A program made the translations under genes and the position numbers. A stretch of 63,000 nt of DNA, the filler included, from an uncultured bacterium (GTDB lineage Bacteria > CAZSTA01), in the NCBI GenBank assembly GCA_964609495.1. It is 3 parts of 3 records of this genome, joined end to end, with 100 filler letters (N's around TTAATTAATTAA, not from the genome) between each part and the next. Parts side by side here need not be neighbours in the genome. Positions count along the whole stretch, not along the records: positions 21,161 to 42,114 come from CAZSTA010000044.1; 2 more parts are not named here. One strand, 5' to 3'. The notes beneath the pieces are model-generated. The model was not told the DNA's origin and ran no database searches. It saw only the letters and a list, made by a program, of their open reading frames with translations. This document shows, piece after piece, positions 27,591 to 37,501 of this stretch; position 1 is the first letter of the stretch; each line of letters starts with the position of its first letter.

Positions 27591-28538
27591 TTATTCTCCT
27601 ATCCTTATGGTAGGATCTAGGTAGGCATATAGGATATCCACTCCTAGATTGACTAAGGAGAACAGAGCGGTGATGAAGAGCGCTGTCCCTTGAATCATCG
27701 GATAATCCCTCTGCAAAGCGGCATCTAAAGCTAATCTTCCTATTCCTGGTAGGGAGAAGACCATCTCTATTATCACTGCCCCGCCGAGTAGATAGCCAGC
27801 CTGAAGTCCTATGATAGTAATCACGTTGATCGAAGCATTCCTCAAGGCATGGTGACGAATCACATCTAACTCTTTCACTCCTTTAGCCCTGGCAGTTCGG
27901 ATATAATCCTGCTCTAATACCTCCCTTAGGGAAGAGCGAATCATCCTCATCACCACCGCCGCCATTGCTATTCCCAAGGAGAGGGCGGGAAGAATCATAG
28001 AACGTATATTGCTTACTGGATCCACCCATAACCTTCTAAAGCTGGCTGTGTATAGCCAAGGGAGATAAAAAGAGGCAAATAGGATCAGGAGAGTCCCTAA
28101 CCAGAAGTCGGGGATCGATAGACCGATCAGAGCTAAGGTATTCAGAATATAATCGGAGGTTGTATTCTCCTTAACTGCGCTGATTATACCAGTAGGAAGG
28201 GAGATAAGCAGGGAGAAGAAGAGGGCAAAGATGGTAAGCTCTAAGGTCACTGGCAGTCTGGTGAGAATTTCCCCAGCGACCGAATTACCAGTGCGTAGAG
28301 AGCGACCAAGCTCGCCCCGAAGAACTCCTCCGAGCCAGCTCAAATATTGTAGGGGCAAGGGCTGATCTAATCCAAATACTCGACGTAGCTCCGCCACTCG
28401 CTCTGGCGAGGCTTCAGTGCCTAGCATCACCTCTACCACGTCTCCAGGGACTAAGCGAGCGGCAAGAAATACCACCAGCGAAGCCCCCAATAAGACTAAT
28501 AGAGTGGATAATAACCTATTGATTATATAACGAAACAC
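27591..28538 (-). CDS. Dpp/Opp-type ABC permease (DppB-like)
   Basis: VPGD, QYLSWL, DYIRTARAKG, RDYPMIQG, YAYLDP. Confidence 0.92.
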   Translation of the reverse strand: MFRYIINRLLSTLLVLLGASLVVFLAARLVPGDVVEVMLGTEASPERVAELRRVFGLDQPLPLQYLSWLGGVLRGELGRSLRTGNSVAGEILTRLPVTLELTIFALFFSLLISLPTGIISAVKENTTSDYILNTLALIGLSIPDFWLGTLLILFASFYLPWLYTASFRRLWVDPVSNIRSMILPALSLGIAMAAVVMRMIRSSLREVLEQDYIRTARAKGVKELDVIRHHALRNASINVITIIGLQAGYLLGGAVIIEMVFSLPGIGRLALDAALQRDYPMIQGTALFITALFSLVNLGVDILYAYLDPTIRIGE

Positions 28539-28560
28539 TTATCCTTCCTAAAATCGAACT

Positions 28561-30108
28561 TCACTTATCTAACCAAGTCTCCCTGAAGTATATCTTAGAG
28601 AGTATTGGATTGAGCTTGAAGCCCTTGACATAGGGCTGTTTAGCATAGCCCGCGGTATAGGAGTAGGTATAGATAACTGGGGATAATTCGGCTATACGGT
28701 GCTGTAACTTATCGTATATCTCCTTACGCGCGTTATGTCCCATAGTAGTTCGACCCTCCTCCAGGAGGCTATCGACCATCTCATCGCTGAAACCAGCTAA
28801 GTTCGAAGCTCCTCCGGTGATGAGGAAGTTGATGAAGTAGGCATCGGGATCACTGGTATATCCAGGGAAGGTCAGGTAGTTGATATCAAAATCCCTCTGG
28901 ACAATATCACTGATGAAAGTTCCCCATTCGAGAGGGATTATCTCTATTTCAATCCCTAAGGGCTTCAACTGAGCTTGAATCGTCTGGGCGGCTGGCAGAT
29001 AATCAGCGTAAGCGGTTGAGGTCTTGAAGGTTGCTTTGAAACCATCAGGATATCCTGCTTCCTCCAATAAAGCTTCGGCTTTCTCATAATTTTGTCCCTC
29101 ATAGCCAGGGAGATCTGCCATATCGACTGCCCAATCTCCTAAAGCTTTGGGGAGGATACCAGTCGGAGTCCCATATTCTAGGAGAGCTATATCAACTAGC
29201 TCCTGCCGATCTATCGCATAAGCGATAGCTAGACGAATTTTGGGATTATCGAAGGGAGGACGCGAACAGTTGAACCATATCCATCCCCAAGTTAGAGAGG
29301 GCATCGTTACAAGCTCTATATCCTTGACCCTTTCCATAATCTGGATATCGCCCATAATAGAGGTATAGTCTATCTGTTTTGTTCTCATAGCCGCCGCTCT
29401 GGAATTAGCCTCCGGGATTATCTGAAAGCGAAGGGCATCTAGATAAGGCAAGCTCTTATCATAATAATCGGGATTCTTCTCCAAAAGGGTATGATCACCT
29501 ACCACCCTCTCTTTGAGCTTAAAAGGTCCGGTTCCTATCGCTACCCTTTGGAGATTGCTATGTTCCTCAACCACCTTTTGGGAGACTATCGCCGTCCAAG
29601 GATCTGCTAGATAGGCGAGGAAGGGTGCGAAAGGCTTATCGAAATGAAACTTTACCGTCCATTTGTCTGGAGTCTCTATTGAGGTTATAGGGCTGAAGTA
29701 ATAGCTTCGGATCGAACCAGTCTTAGGATCGACTATTCTCTCCATCGAGAACTTCACATCCTCAGAGGTTAGTTCCTGACCATTATGAAATTTTACTCCT
29801 TTCCTCAAATGGAAGGTGTAAGTTAGACTATCATCCGATATCTCCCAAGATTCGGCTAGATCAGGCACTACGTTTAGCTTATCATCGTAGCGCACTAAAC
29901 CGCTGTAGATATGCTCGATTATCATCTGAGAGGCATAGACCGTCTCTATGTGAGGGTCCAACCCGATCGCATCAACTGACTCAGCTACCCTCAATATCCC
30001 TCCATATTTAGGGGTATCCTCTGCTAGCCCAGTTCCACACATCATAATAGCTAATATAACCGGGGAAACTAATAGACCGATCTTTTTCCACTTCGACATA
30101 ATTCCCAT
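28561..30108 (-). CDS. Dpp/Opp-type ABC substrate-binding protein (family 5)
   Basis: LDPH, PDLAESWEIS, FHLRKGVKFHNG, GTGPF. Confidence 0.92.
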   Translation of the reverse strand: MGIMSKWKKIGLLVSPVILAIMMCGTGLAEDTPKYGGILRVAESVDAIGLDPHIETVYASQMIIEHIYSGLVRYDDKLNVVPDLAESWEISDDSLTYTFHLRKGVKFHNGQELTSEDVKFSMERIVDPKTGSIRSYYFSPITSIETPDKWTVKFHFDKPFAPFLAYLADPWTAIVSQKVVEEHSNLQRVAIGTGPFKLKERVVGDHTLLEKNPDYYDKSLPYLDALRFQIIPEANSRAAAMRTKQIDYTSIMGDIQIMERVKDIELVTMPSLTWGWIWFNCSRPPFDNPKIRLAIAYAIDRQELVDIALLEYGTPTGILPKALGDWAVDMADLPGYEGQNYEKAEALLEEAGYPDGFKATFKTSTAYADYLPAAQTIQAQLKPLGIEIEIIPLEWGTFISDIVQRDFDINYLTFPGYTSDPDAYFINFLITGGASNLAGFSDEMVDSLLEEGRTTMGHNARKEIYDKLQHRIAELSPVIYTYSYTAGYAKQPYVKGFKLNPILSKIYFRETWLDK

Positions 30109-30171
30109 CTCCTCCTCAATTTTACGCTTTGGATGTTAAGAAGATCTTTATTTTTCGACTAACTCGGAAGG

Positions 30172-31068
30172 TTACTCCTCCAATAACTCTTTTATTACAT
30201 TCTTTGCCCTCTCGATTAACTCATCATTGCTGGACAGAGATATGAACCTCTCCAGATCTGTTATGGCTTCTCCTATTCGATTCAACTCCTTGTTCGCCTG
30301 ACCTCGGTTATAATATGACATACTATACATAGGATCTACCTCAATAGCCTTGGTATAATCGGCTATCGCCTCCTCATATTCCTCCTGCCTATAGTAGATA
30401 ATCCCCCGCTGGTTATAAGCTAAGGAAGAATCGGGGTCTAATTCGATAGCCTTGGTATAATCAGTTATCGCCTCCTCATAACGCTTGAGGTAACGATAGA
30501 CTAAACCTCGGTTAAGATAGGCTATCGTATAATCTGGTTTAAGCTCAGTAGCTTTAGTATAATCGGCTATCGCCTCCTCATAACGCTTGAGGTAACGGTA
30601 GGATAGACCTCGGTTATTATAAGCTATTGGATAATTTGGATCAAGCTCTAAGGTCTTGGTAAAATCAGCGATAGCCGAATCATAATTGCCCTGCATATTA
30701 TAGGCTAGTCCTCGTTCGTTATATACTACAGCGTATCCCGGATCTAATTCCAAGGCTTTAGTGAAATCCGCTATAGCTTGTTCATACCCTCCCTGCTTAC
30801 GATAAGCCATGCCTCTATATACATAAGCATTGGTGAAGTTGGGGTCTATATCAAGAGCTTGAGTGAAATCTATTATAGCTTGATTATAATCTCCTCTATC
30901 GAAGTTGACTGCCCCTCTGCTATAGTAAGTTTGAGCAGTCTCATCGGCAGTGGGTTGAGATATCACAAAAGAGGATAGGATAAGGGGATGAGGACTATAG
31001 CTATGAGCAGGCACAGTTAGTAAGCTGAAGATCAGCATCAAAAGTCCAAAGAGTTTTGAATTCATCAT
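30172..31068 (-). CDS. Secreted tetratricopeptide repeat protein
   Basis: Signal peptide; about 7 AYxNRG...AIADYTKAxELDP repeats. Confidence 0.9.
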   Translation of the reverse strand: MMNSKLFGLLMLIFSLLTVPAHSYSPHPLILSSFVISQPTADETAQTYYSRGAVNFDRGDYNQAIIDFTQALDIDPNFTNAYVYRGMAYRKQGGYEQAIADFTKALELDPGYAVVYNERGLAYNMQGNYDSAIADFTKTLELDPNYPIAYNNRGLSYRYLKRYEEAIADYTKATELKPDYTIAYLNRGLVYRYLKRYEEAITDYTKAIELDPDSSLAYNQRGIIYYRQEEYEEAIADYTKAIEVDPMYSMSYYNRGQANKELNRIGEAITDLERFISLSSNDELIERAKNVIKELLEE

Positions 31069-31116
31069 CGACTTCCTCCTTCAAATTGACAAATCTTTTA
31101 GCTCCTGCAATTTATT

Positions 31117-31145
31117 ATTGTATTGGATTATGAGCGCGTTGTCAA
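31117..31145 (-). promoter_or_regulatory. Sigma70 promoter
   Basis: TTGACA-17bp-TACAAT. Confidence 0.7.
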
Positions 31146-31190
31146 GTATTTAACAGAAAAATTTATGCGAATTTCTCGATCTTTATAATA

Positions 31191-31219
31191 TTGACAAAAG
31201 TCTGATAGAGTGTTATAAT
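31191..31219 (+). promoter_or_regulatory. Sigma70 promoter
   Basis: TTGACA-17bp-TATAAT. Confidence 0.85.
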
Positions 31220-31276
31220 CTCTTTAAATACATTATTAGTAACGACCTATTAACTCTCCTTTCAGGAGGCTCATAG

Positions 31277-32830
31277 ATGGATCATAACTTAAAGGAAGTT
31301 GACTTGAGATGGCATATAAAACTAGGTGTGGAGAGCATATTAGGGACTTTAGATCGCCGAAGGGAAGGACTTCCGTTCTTCTCATATAAACTCGTTGAGC
31401 CACCTATCTGTGCTAAGCATGGGGCTTTTGACTCACCTCATGTGGTGGGACGTTATCTGGATGTGTTATCATTAGGCGATAGGATCATTGACTTACCTGA
31501 TGATCAAGAGGCTTATGATATGCTGACCAATCTGCTTCATCGCAGTATGAACACTGATGACGGTCTTGCTTGGAATGAACCCACAAAACGTCAACAGCAT
31601 GGCGCAGTAACTCACAATCAGAGGGAAGCTTTGCTGGGGCTCGTAGCGTTGATCAGGTGGAGAGGTTGTGAAAAGTCAAAAGCTCTCGCCAGACGACTCT
31701 GTCGGGGTATTGAGAGGGAAACTCGGGCTACCGGATGTTATCCAGGCTTTTGTCTCGACGAAGATAGTTGGACAGGTGAACGAACTCCCGGAGAGCGTCT
31801 CCCCGAGGATTGCGGACGGCTCATAGGTGCTTTAGTCAAGTATTACAGGCTTTCATCCGATCCCGCGGCGCTCGATCTTGCCAAAAGATTTGCTGATGGA
31901 GTCTTGAAATTCTCCTTCGATACCGATGGCCGATTTAAAGAATCAGCCGGAGGACATACTCACTCCATCACTGGAACTATTACCTCTCTCGTTGACTTTG
32001 GAATCCTGATCAACAACCGCCACTATATTGAGGCGGCTCGTCGGGCGTATGATGTCGGCTTGCCTCCCTATCGAAGTAGCTATGGCTGGGTCAAGGAGAA
32101 CCGCTTTAACGATTCGGATCTGGGAGAGGCAAACAATACCGCTGACGTCATCGAATCAGCTATACTGCTAGGCAAAGCGGGATATCCTTCCTACTATGAG
32201 GATGCAGAACGGATGTTGCGAAATCATCTGCTTGCCTCTCAGTTAATAGATACCCATTGGCTTCATGAGACTCCCGGTATGGCGGATACCGAGGAGGAGA
32301 TTTACTCAGATGTTATTAGACGGGCTAGGGGAGGTTTTATCTTCTCTGAGCCTAATAACTTCACGGATTTCAATTCGGATCTCACTGGAGGTGCAACTCA
32401 AGGTCTTTGTGAGGCTTGGGAGGCTATCATATCACGGGGTGAAGTGGGAGTTAGGGTGAATCTTTTGTTCAGTAAGAAGAGCGATATCCTGAGTATCAGA
32501 AGTCATATCCCTGAGCAGGGGAAAGTTGAAATAGAGATGTTTGGGTCAACAAACTTATTTGTGAGGATCCCGTCTTGGGTTAAATCCGAAGATATATCCC
32601 TCTCCGTAGATGGAGAAGCGACTTCCATATCCACTTATACCCCTTATATCTGCGTGCCAAATTTAGAACGGGGAGCGAAGGTGGAAATCGAATTTCCGCA
32701 GAGGAAAACGGTTATCTCCGAGGAGATAAACCACAAGATTTATCAGGTGAAGTGGCTAGGGGATACGGTTGTATCCATCTCTCCAGAGGGGAAAGTAAGA
32801 TCGCTCTATAAAAGAAGAGGGAATAATTAG
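31277..32830 (+). CDS. Alpha/alpha-toroid protein, GH127 (beta-L-arabinofuranosidase)-like
   Basis: GHTHS, GEANN, YYEDAERMLRNHLLASQ, VRIPSW motifs resemble GH127-like proteins. Confidence 0.55.
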   Translation: MDHNLKEVDLRWHIKLGVESILGTLDRRREGLPFFSYKLVEPPICAKHGAFDSPHVVGRYLDVLSLGDRIIDLPDDQEAYDMLTNLLHRSMNTDDGLAWNEPTKRQQHGAVTHNQREALLGLVALIRWRGCEKSKALARRLCRGIERETRATGCYPGFCLDEDSWTGERTPGERLPEDCGRLIGALVKYYRLSSDPAALDLAKRFADGVLKFSFDTDGRFKESAGGHTHSITGTITSLVDFGILINNRHYIEAARRAYDVGLPPYRSSYGWVKENRFNDSDLGEANNTADVIESAILLGKAGYPSYYEDAERMLRNHLLASQLIDTHWLHETPGMADTEEEIYSDVIRRARGGFIFSEPNNFTDFNSDLTGGATQGLCEAWEAIISRGEVGVRVNLLFSKKSDILSIRSHIPEQGKVEIEMFGSTNLFVRIPSWVKSEDISLSVDGEATSISTYTPYICVPNLERGAKVEIEFPQRKTVISEEINHKIYQVKWLGDTVVSISPEGKVRSLYKRRGNN

Positions 32831-32871
32831 AATCACCACGAAGTATCAGATAATATGAACGTTTATACTAC

Positions 32872-32900
32872 TTGACAAGGCAAACTATTTCTGCAATAAT
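32872..32900 (+). promoter_or_regulatory. Sigma70 promoter
   Basis: TTGACA-17bp-AATAAT. Confidence 0.6.
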
Positions 32901-32927
32901 TATGATGTCTCCTCTATATGCAGTTAA

Positions 32928-34523
32928 TTGAGTGATGATAAGATGAGGATAAAAGAGAAGGTTATAATCTCCAGAGATGATGATATCTATGAATCATTTC
33001 CCGATGTGCTTTTGACAAGATCGGGAAAGTTGATCTGTGTTTATAGAGAAGCTGAGTTCCATGTTCCCCTTCCTCCCGATTCTAAGATCGTCCTTATCAA
33101 TAGCGATGATGGAGGACGAACTTGGCATAATAAACGTTACTTTTATTCCTTCCCCACTGATCCTCAATATGATTGGTGGAATTGTCCTCGCCTGATGCAA
33201 CTCACCGATGGTCGGATAGTGTTTATCTGCGATATCATATCTGGGCCTAAATCGAGAGAGTATAAAGAAGAGGTCGGGGAAATCTATCTCTCCTTCAGCG
33301 AAGATGATGGTAACACCTGGTTAGAATTGATGAATACCAATTGTTATGGCATCGTTCCCGATAGAATCTTGGAGCTGTCACCCGACCTTATGCTTATGGG
33401 AAGTCATTTCAAAAATAGGAAGACCGGAAAGCTCCAGCAGGTTCTATATCGCTCCTATGATGGAGGTAAAACTTGGGGTGATATGGTAGTTATCGCCTCC
33501 GATGGGATTCACGATTTTTGTGAGGGAAGTATCATCAGATTAGGGAATGGCACTTTAGCCTGCTATATGAGGGAGAACTCGATGATTAAGTATCCCTCTT
33601 TTGTATCCTTCTCCTATGATAATGGGAAAAGTTGGAGCGAAGCTCAGGAAATCCCGATAATTGGACATCGCCCTGTCGCTGGTCAACTTCCAGATGGAGA
33701 TATTCTTATCACTTATAGGAATACAGGAGGTATGCTTGGCACCTACGTTTGGAAGGGAGAAACTCAGGAGAGAGGATATCAAGTCAATGCTATAAGGTTG
33801 AACGATGTGGGAACTGAATTAACCCCGGAGGGATTAAAGATAGATAATAGATCTGGGGAAAGCTTTACCGAATATTTCCTCCATCCCTTAGAGAGCTTGG
33901 AAAGTGAGATAGCTTTCTCCGCTCGCCTCAAATGTTCGTCCAATGAATGTAATGGGTGTGCTATAAGGGCGGGATTCGTTCTTCGCATATACCCAGATGG
34001 AGTAACGCTAAATTGGATCTCAAAGCAAGATGTTGCCTCCTTCTTAATCGAGTATCACCTAGATGGCGATAAGTTTCATAATTATGAGCTTACTTCTCAA
34101 GGGAATAGAGTTAAGTTAGAAGTTGATGGGGAGACAGTGATAGATAGGACTTTCGAGTGCGAGAGAGGAAAAAACTCCCGGATAGTTTCCTTTGGTAATT
34201 TGAAGGTGGATGAACCCAGTCGCAAAAATTATGATCTCGATAATGGTGGCTTGAGTTATTGGCAGAGAGTCGAAGTTAAGGTCAACAACAAGCTTGAACC
34301 CGATCTCGAATATTTCTGGAGCGCTGAGGAGGGGATAATGCCCGATGATTACGAGCAAAAGAGGATATTCCAGATAGATGACGAAGCCTCGGGACATTGG
34401 TGGGATACTGGATACTCTGGTTGGGTCAGATTGGACGATGGTGATATATTCTGTGTCTATTACAAGAGAGGTGAGGCCAGGAAACCTTATATAGTTGGAG
34501 CCAGATTAGAAGTTTTCGATTAA
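32928..34523 (+). CDS. Sialidase-like BNR/Asp-box protein with inserted beta-sandwich
   Basis: SDDGGRTW, SEDDGNTW, SYDGGKTW, SYDNGKSW; C-terminal DTGYS. Confidence 0.8.
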   Translation: MSDDKMRIKEKVIISRDDDIYESFPDVLLTRSGKLICVYREAEFHVPLPPDSKIVLINSDDGGRTWHNKRYFYSFPTDPQYDWWNCPRLMQLTDGRIVFICDIISGPKSREYKEEVGEIYLSFSEDDGNTWLELMNTNCYGIVPDRILELSPDLMLMGSHFKNRKTGKLQQVLYRSYDGGKTWGDMVVIASDGIHDFCEGSIIRLGNGTLACYMRENSMIKYPSFVSFSYDNGKSWSEAQEIPIIGHRPVAGQLPDGDILITYRNTGGMLGTYVWKGETQERGYQVNAIRLNDVGTELTPEGLKIDNRSGESFTEYFLHPLESLESEIAFSARLKCSSNECNGCAIRAGFVLRIYPDGVTLNWISKQDVASFLIEYHLDGDKFHNYELTSQGNRVKLEVDGETVIDRTFECERGKNSRIVSFGNLKVDEPSRKNYDLDNGGLSYWQRVEVKVNNKLEPDLEYFWSAEEGIMPDDYEQKRIFQIDDEASGHWWDTGYSGWVRLDDGDIFCVYYKRGEARKPYIVGARLEVFD

Positions 34524-34535
34524 TCTAAAAGGAGG

Positions 34536-35168
34536 ATGGATATGGGTAATCGCGTTGTTTCAAACTTTCTGATATCTCTAATATTAGCGGTCTTAGCTTT
34601 TCTCTCCTTCTTTACTCCCTGGATAGCTTTAGACAGACAGGGACTAGATGTGGTGAAGGAGAATTTAAAATTAGCTGGTCAGGCCAATATATCAACTTCC
34701 CTAGATAAGATGCTAAATACATTTCGTAGCTTAAGCGGTTGGAAATTGATGACGGCGAAGTATCTACCAAGTGGCTTCCTTCGTTTTTGGCTCACTATAG
34801 CTTTTATCACCACTATAGTCGTCCTATTTCTGAGCATCGTCAATGTCTTTCCTTTTCCCGAAGCTTCCTTTAAAAGATGGATACCTCCTATACAATCGGC
34901 TATAACGTTGATAGCTTTCCTCTCCTTGGCTCTCAACGTGTATAATATGGAGAAGCTAGGGGTAAGGTTTGGAATAGGGTATCTGATCAGAGCTGTCACC
35001 AGGCTCCAATGGGGCATTCTACTTGCCTTGATCATCTTCTTAACGATGATAATATGGTCGCTTCTTAGCTGGTATTACAGGGCCTTAGGTGAGAAGGAAG
35101 TCGCGCCTACTCCTGTGGCGGGCTTTCCAGCTACTACTCCTTCGAGTACACCCGACAAGAGCAGTTAA
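34536..35168 (+). CDS. Hypothetical membrane protein (about 4 TM)
   Basis: Four hydrophobic stretches, FFTPW motif, RBS GGAGG. Confidence 0.75.
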   Translation: MDMGNRVVSNFLISLILAVLAFLSFFTPWIALDRQGLDVVKENLKLAGQANISTSLDKMLNTFRSLSGWKLMTAKYLPSGFLRFWLTIAFITTIVVLFLSIVNVFPFPEASFKRWIPPIQSAITLIAFLSLALNVYNMEKLGVRFGIGYLIRAVTRLQWGILLALIIFLTMIIWSLLSWYYRALGEKEVAPTPVAGFPATTPSSTPDKSS

Positions 35169-35394
35169 GACGATTTTAGAAAATTGGTTATTCTTAGTTT
35201 TTCGCTAGTGAGTTCGAGACATAATTCCCCCTCACCCTATCCCTCTCCCACGAGGGGAGAGGGGCGATTCCTTTTATATCCCCCTCCCTTGACGGGAGGG
35301 GGATAGGGGGAGGGTGGTTTATATGAGTTCAAGGTCTAATCTGATCTCGAACATCTCAGACAAAATAGTCAAAAACTTCTTTGAAACTACTTAA
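35165..35394 (+). mobile_element. Family A element
   Basis: Both G/C hairpins and TTTGAAACTACTTAA end; colinear with reverse complement of 15535-15781. Confidence 0.8.
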
Positions 35395-35441
35395 TCTATC
35401 CTCAGTACAAGTTCACATGCTTGGGAAATTGAGAATAGCTA

Positions 35442-35470
35442 TTGACATTAAAGCTATATTATGTTACTAT
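35442..35470 (+). promoter_or_regulatory. Sigma70 promoter
   Basis: TTGACA-17bp-TACTAT. Confidence 0.65.
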
Positions 35471-35529
35471 ATTACTGATCGGTATATAATTTTATCTTCA
35501 CTTCAAATTGACTAGAGGTGAACAGTGTA

Positions 35530-36348
35530 ATGAGGAAAGTTGCCTTATCCGTATTGATAATAAGCCTGATTTTTGTATCTGCAAATGGATGTCAGAAGGG
35601 AGGCTTCTTCGATCTTAAGGAGTATGGAGATGTGGAAGGAACGATTAAGGGAGAGACTCTAGGAGGAGGAGTTATGCCTCTGGAAGGAGCAAAGGTAACT
35701 GTGGGTCCTAAAACAGAGCGAACCGGGGTGAGCGGTTTCTTTAGTATAAATTTTCTGGAGATACCTCCTCAAAAATCCTCTAAACGTTTTACTATTACAG
35801 TATCCTCTCAGGATTATGTGACTTATCGAGGACAGGTAAACGTTCCAGCGGACGACACCGCTTATGTCGAGATTACTTTGGGGTTGGGATATGGGATATT
35901 AACCGGGAAAGTGGTGGTTATCCGCTTGGATGGGACTTCGACTCCTATAGATGAAGCCTTAATAAAGGTTGGCGATCAGGAGACGAGATCTGATTCTGAG
36001 GGAAACTTCAATTTAACTATCTACTCCGAGCAATCACCTCTTAAAACGAAAGTAAATGTCAGTGTTTCTGATAATTATCAACCGTTGGAGAAGCAAATAG
36101 AGGTAGAGATGGGGGAGACGAACGATCTGGGAACGATAGTAATTTTTCCTACCCCGGAGAGGATCAAGGAGGAGTACGGAGAGCCAGATCGAGTAACAAC
36201 AGAGAGCACAACAGGAGGGATAAAGGAGACTTGGGAGTGGACAAAGACCTATGAAATAGATGATAGAGAGGTAACATTTACATTTTTAGAGGTAGTACTT
36301 CTGAATGGAAATATCATAGAGTTTACGTTCAGCCCCACCCCTTTATAA
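35530..36348 (+). CDS. Lipoprotein with carboxypeptidase-regulatory-like (beta-sandwich) repeats
   Basis: Lipobox-like SANGC; PLEGAKVTVG, SDSEGNF; C-terminal YGEPD..ETWEW. Confidence 0.7.
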   Translation: MRKVALSVLIISLIFVSANGCQKGGFFDLKEYGDVEGTIKGETLGGGVMPLEGAKVTVGPKTERTGVSGFFSINFLEIPPQKSSKRFTITVSSQDYVTYRGQVNVPADDTAYVEITLGLGYGILTGKVVVIRLDGTSTPIDEALIKVGDQETRSDSEGNFNLTIYSEQSPLKTKVNVSVSDNYQPLEKQIEVEMGETNDLGTIVIFPTPERIKEEYGEPDRVTTESTTGGIKETWEWTKTYEIDDREVTFTFLEVVLLNGNIIEFTFSPTPL

Positions 36349-36363
36349 AAAGGAAAGATCAGA

Positions 36364-37452
36364 TTGGCTGATTATCCTCAAGAATTGGGTGCGAAATTAA
36401 TAATAATAAATGAAAAGATGGGAGAGAGCGAAGAATTTGATCTTATCTGGAAGAGTGTAACCTTAGGAAGCGATCAAAGAAATGATATAGTGATCACTAG
36501 TAATTCGGTCTCTCGACATCATGCTCGCATCGCTTTTAAAGATGGAGAGTTCGTTATCTATGCTCTGAAGAAATCCAGAGGGCTCTTTTTGGATGGGCAA
36601 CGTTTTAGTAAGAAGATATTAAAGGATGGAGATATCATATCTCTAGGGAATAGTGAGATCAAGCTCAAATACTATGAGAATTCTCATATAGAATCCCCCT
36701 CTGATACAGAGGAAGGAACATCTGAGCGAATAGCAGGCTTTCCCCAAAAGCTGACTCTTCGAAATGCTCCTCATCTTATCGCTCATCAGCAACCGGCTTC
36801 ATATATAGCGGAGGCTTTTCGTTCTCTACGAACAAATTTGATCCTATCCAAAGCCGATCCCTCTCAAAACACCTTTTTGATAACCAGCGCCGATCCATCT
36901 GCGGGTAAATCTACCATAGTCTCTAACTTAGGTATAGTTTTAGCCAGGACTGGAAAGCAGGTCATAATAGTGGATAGCGATATGCGTAGGCCGGTTTTGC
37001 ATAGGGCGTTTAATATCCCTAGAAGACCAGGCTTAACGAATGTGCTGGCGGAGGATTTTCCCTTAGACGAGGTGTTAAAGAAGACTGGGATAAAGGATCT
37101 CCACTTTCTGCCCAGTGGCTCTAAATCCCCTAACCCCTCAGAACTATTACAATCAGATCGGATGAAATCTTTGATCGAGCAATTGAGGGAGAGAGCAGAT
37201 TTCATCCTCTTCGACTCTCCACCTATTCTGTCGATATCGGATGCCTTGATCTTATCGGTAGAGGTGGATGGAGTAATACTCGTATTGGATGTGGAGAGAG
37301 TTCCTCGTGATATGGCCCAACATGTGGAGAAGTCCCTAAAAGATGCTGGCGCTAAGATTCTAGGGGTGGTTTTAAATAAGGTAATACCCACTAGGAGTTC
37401 AGGATATTACTATTATTATCATAGATATTACGATAGCTACTACAAGGATTAG
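36364..37452 (+). CDS. FHA domain fused to CpsD/CapB bacterial tyrosine (BY) kinase
   Basis: FHA: TLGSD..NDIVI...VSRHHARI; kinase: EAFRSLRTNL, SAGKS, VDSDMRRP, FDSPP, C-terminal YYYYYHRYYDSYY. Confidence 0.88.
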   Translation: MADYPQELGAKLIIINEKMGESEEFDLIWKSVTLGSDQRNDIVITSNSVSRHHARIAFKDGEFVIYALKKSRGLFLDGQRFSKKILKDGDIISLGNSEIKLKYYENSHIESPSDTEEGTSERIAGFPQKLTLRNAPHLIAHQQPASYIAEAFRSLRTNLILSKADPSQNTFLITSADPSAGKSTIVSNLGIVLARTGKQVIIVDSDMRRPVLHRAFNIPRRPGLTNVLAEDFPLDEVLKKTGIKDLHFLPSGSKSPNPSELLQSDRMKSLIEQLRERADFILFDSPPILSISDALILSVEVDGVILVLDVERVPRDMAQHVEKSLKDAGAKILGVVLNKVIPTRSSGYYYYYHRYYDSYYKD

Positions 37453-37501
37453 GAATCACTAATATTCAGATAGACCCGTTAAAACCCGCGGTGATGATCG
37501 A

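Noticed and set aside
30300-30680. Near-identical DNA repeats in the TPR gene
   Set aside because: Ordinary 102-bp TPR unit duplication
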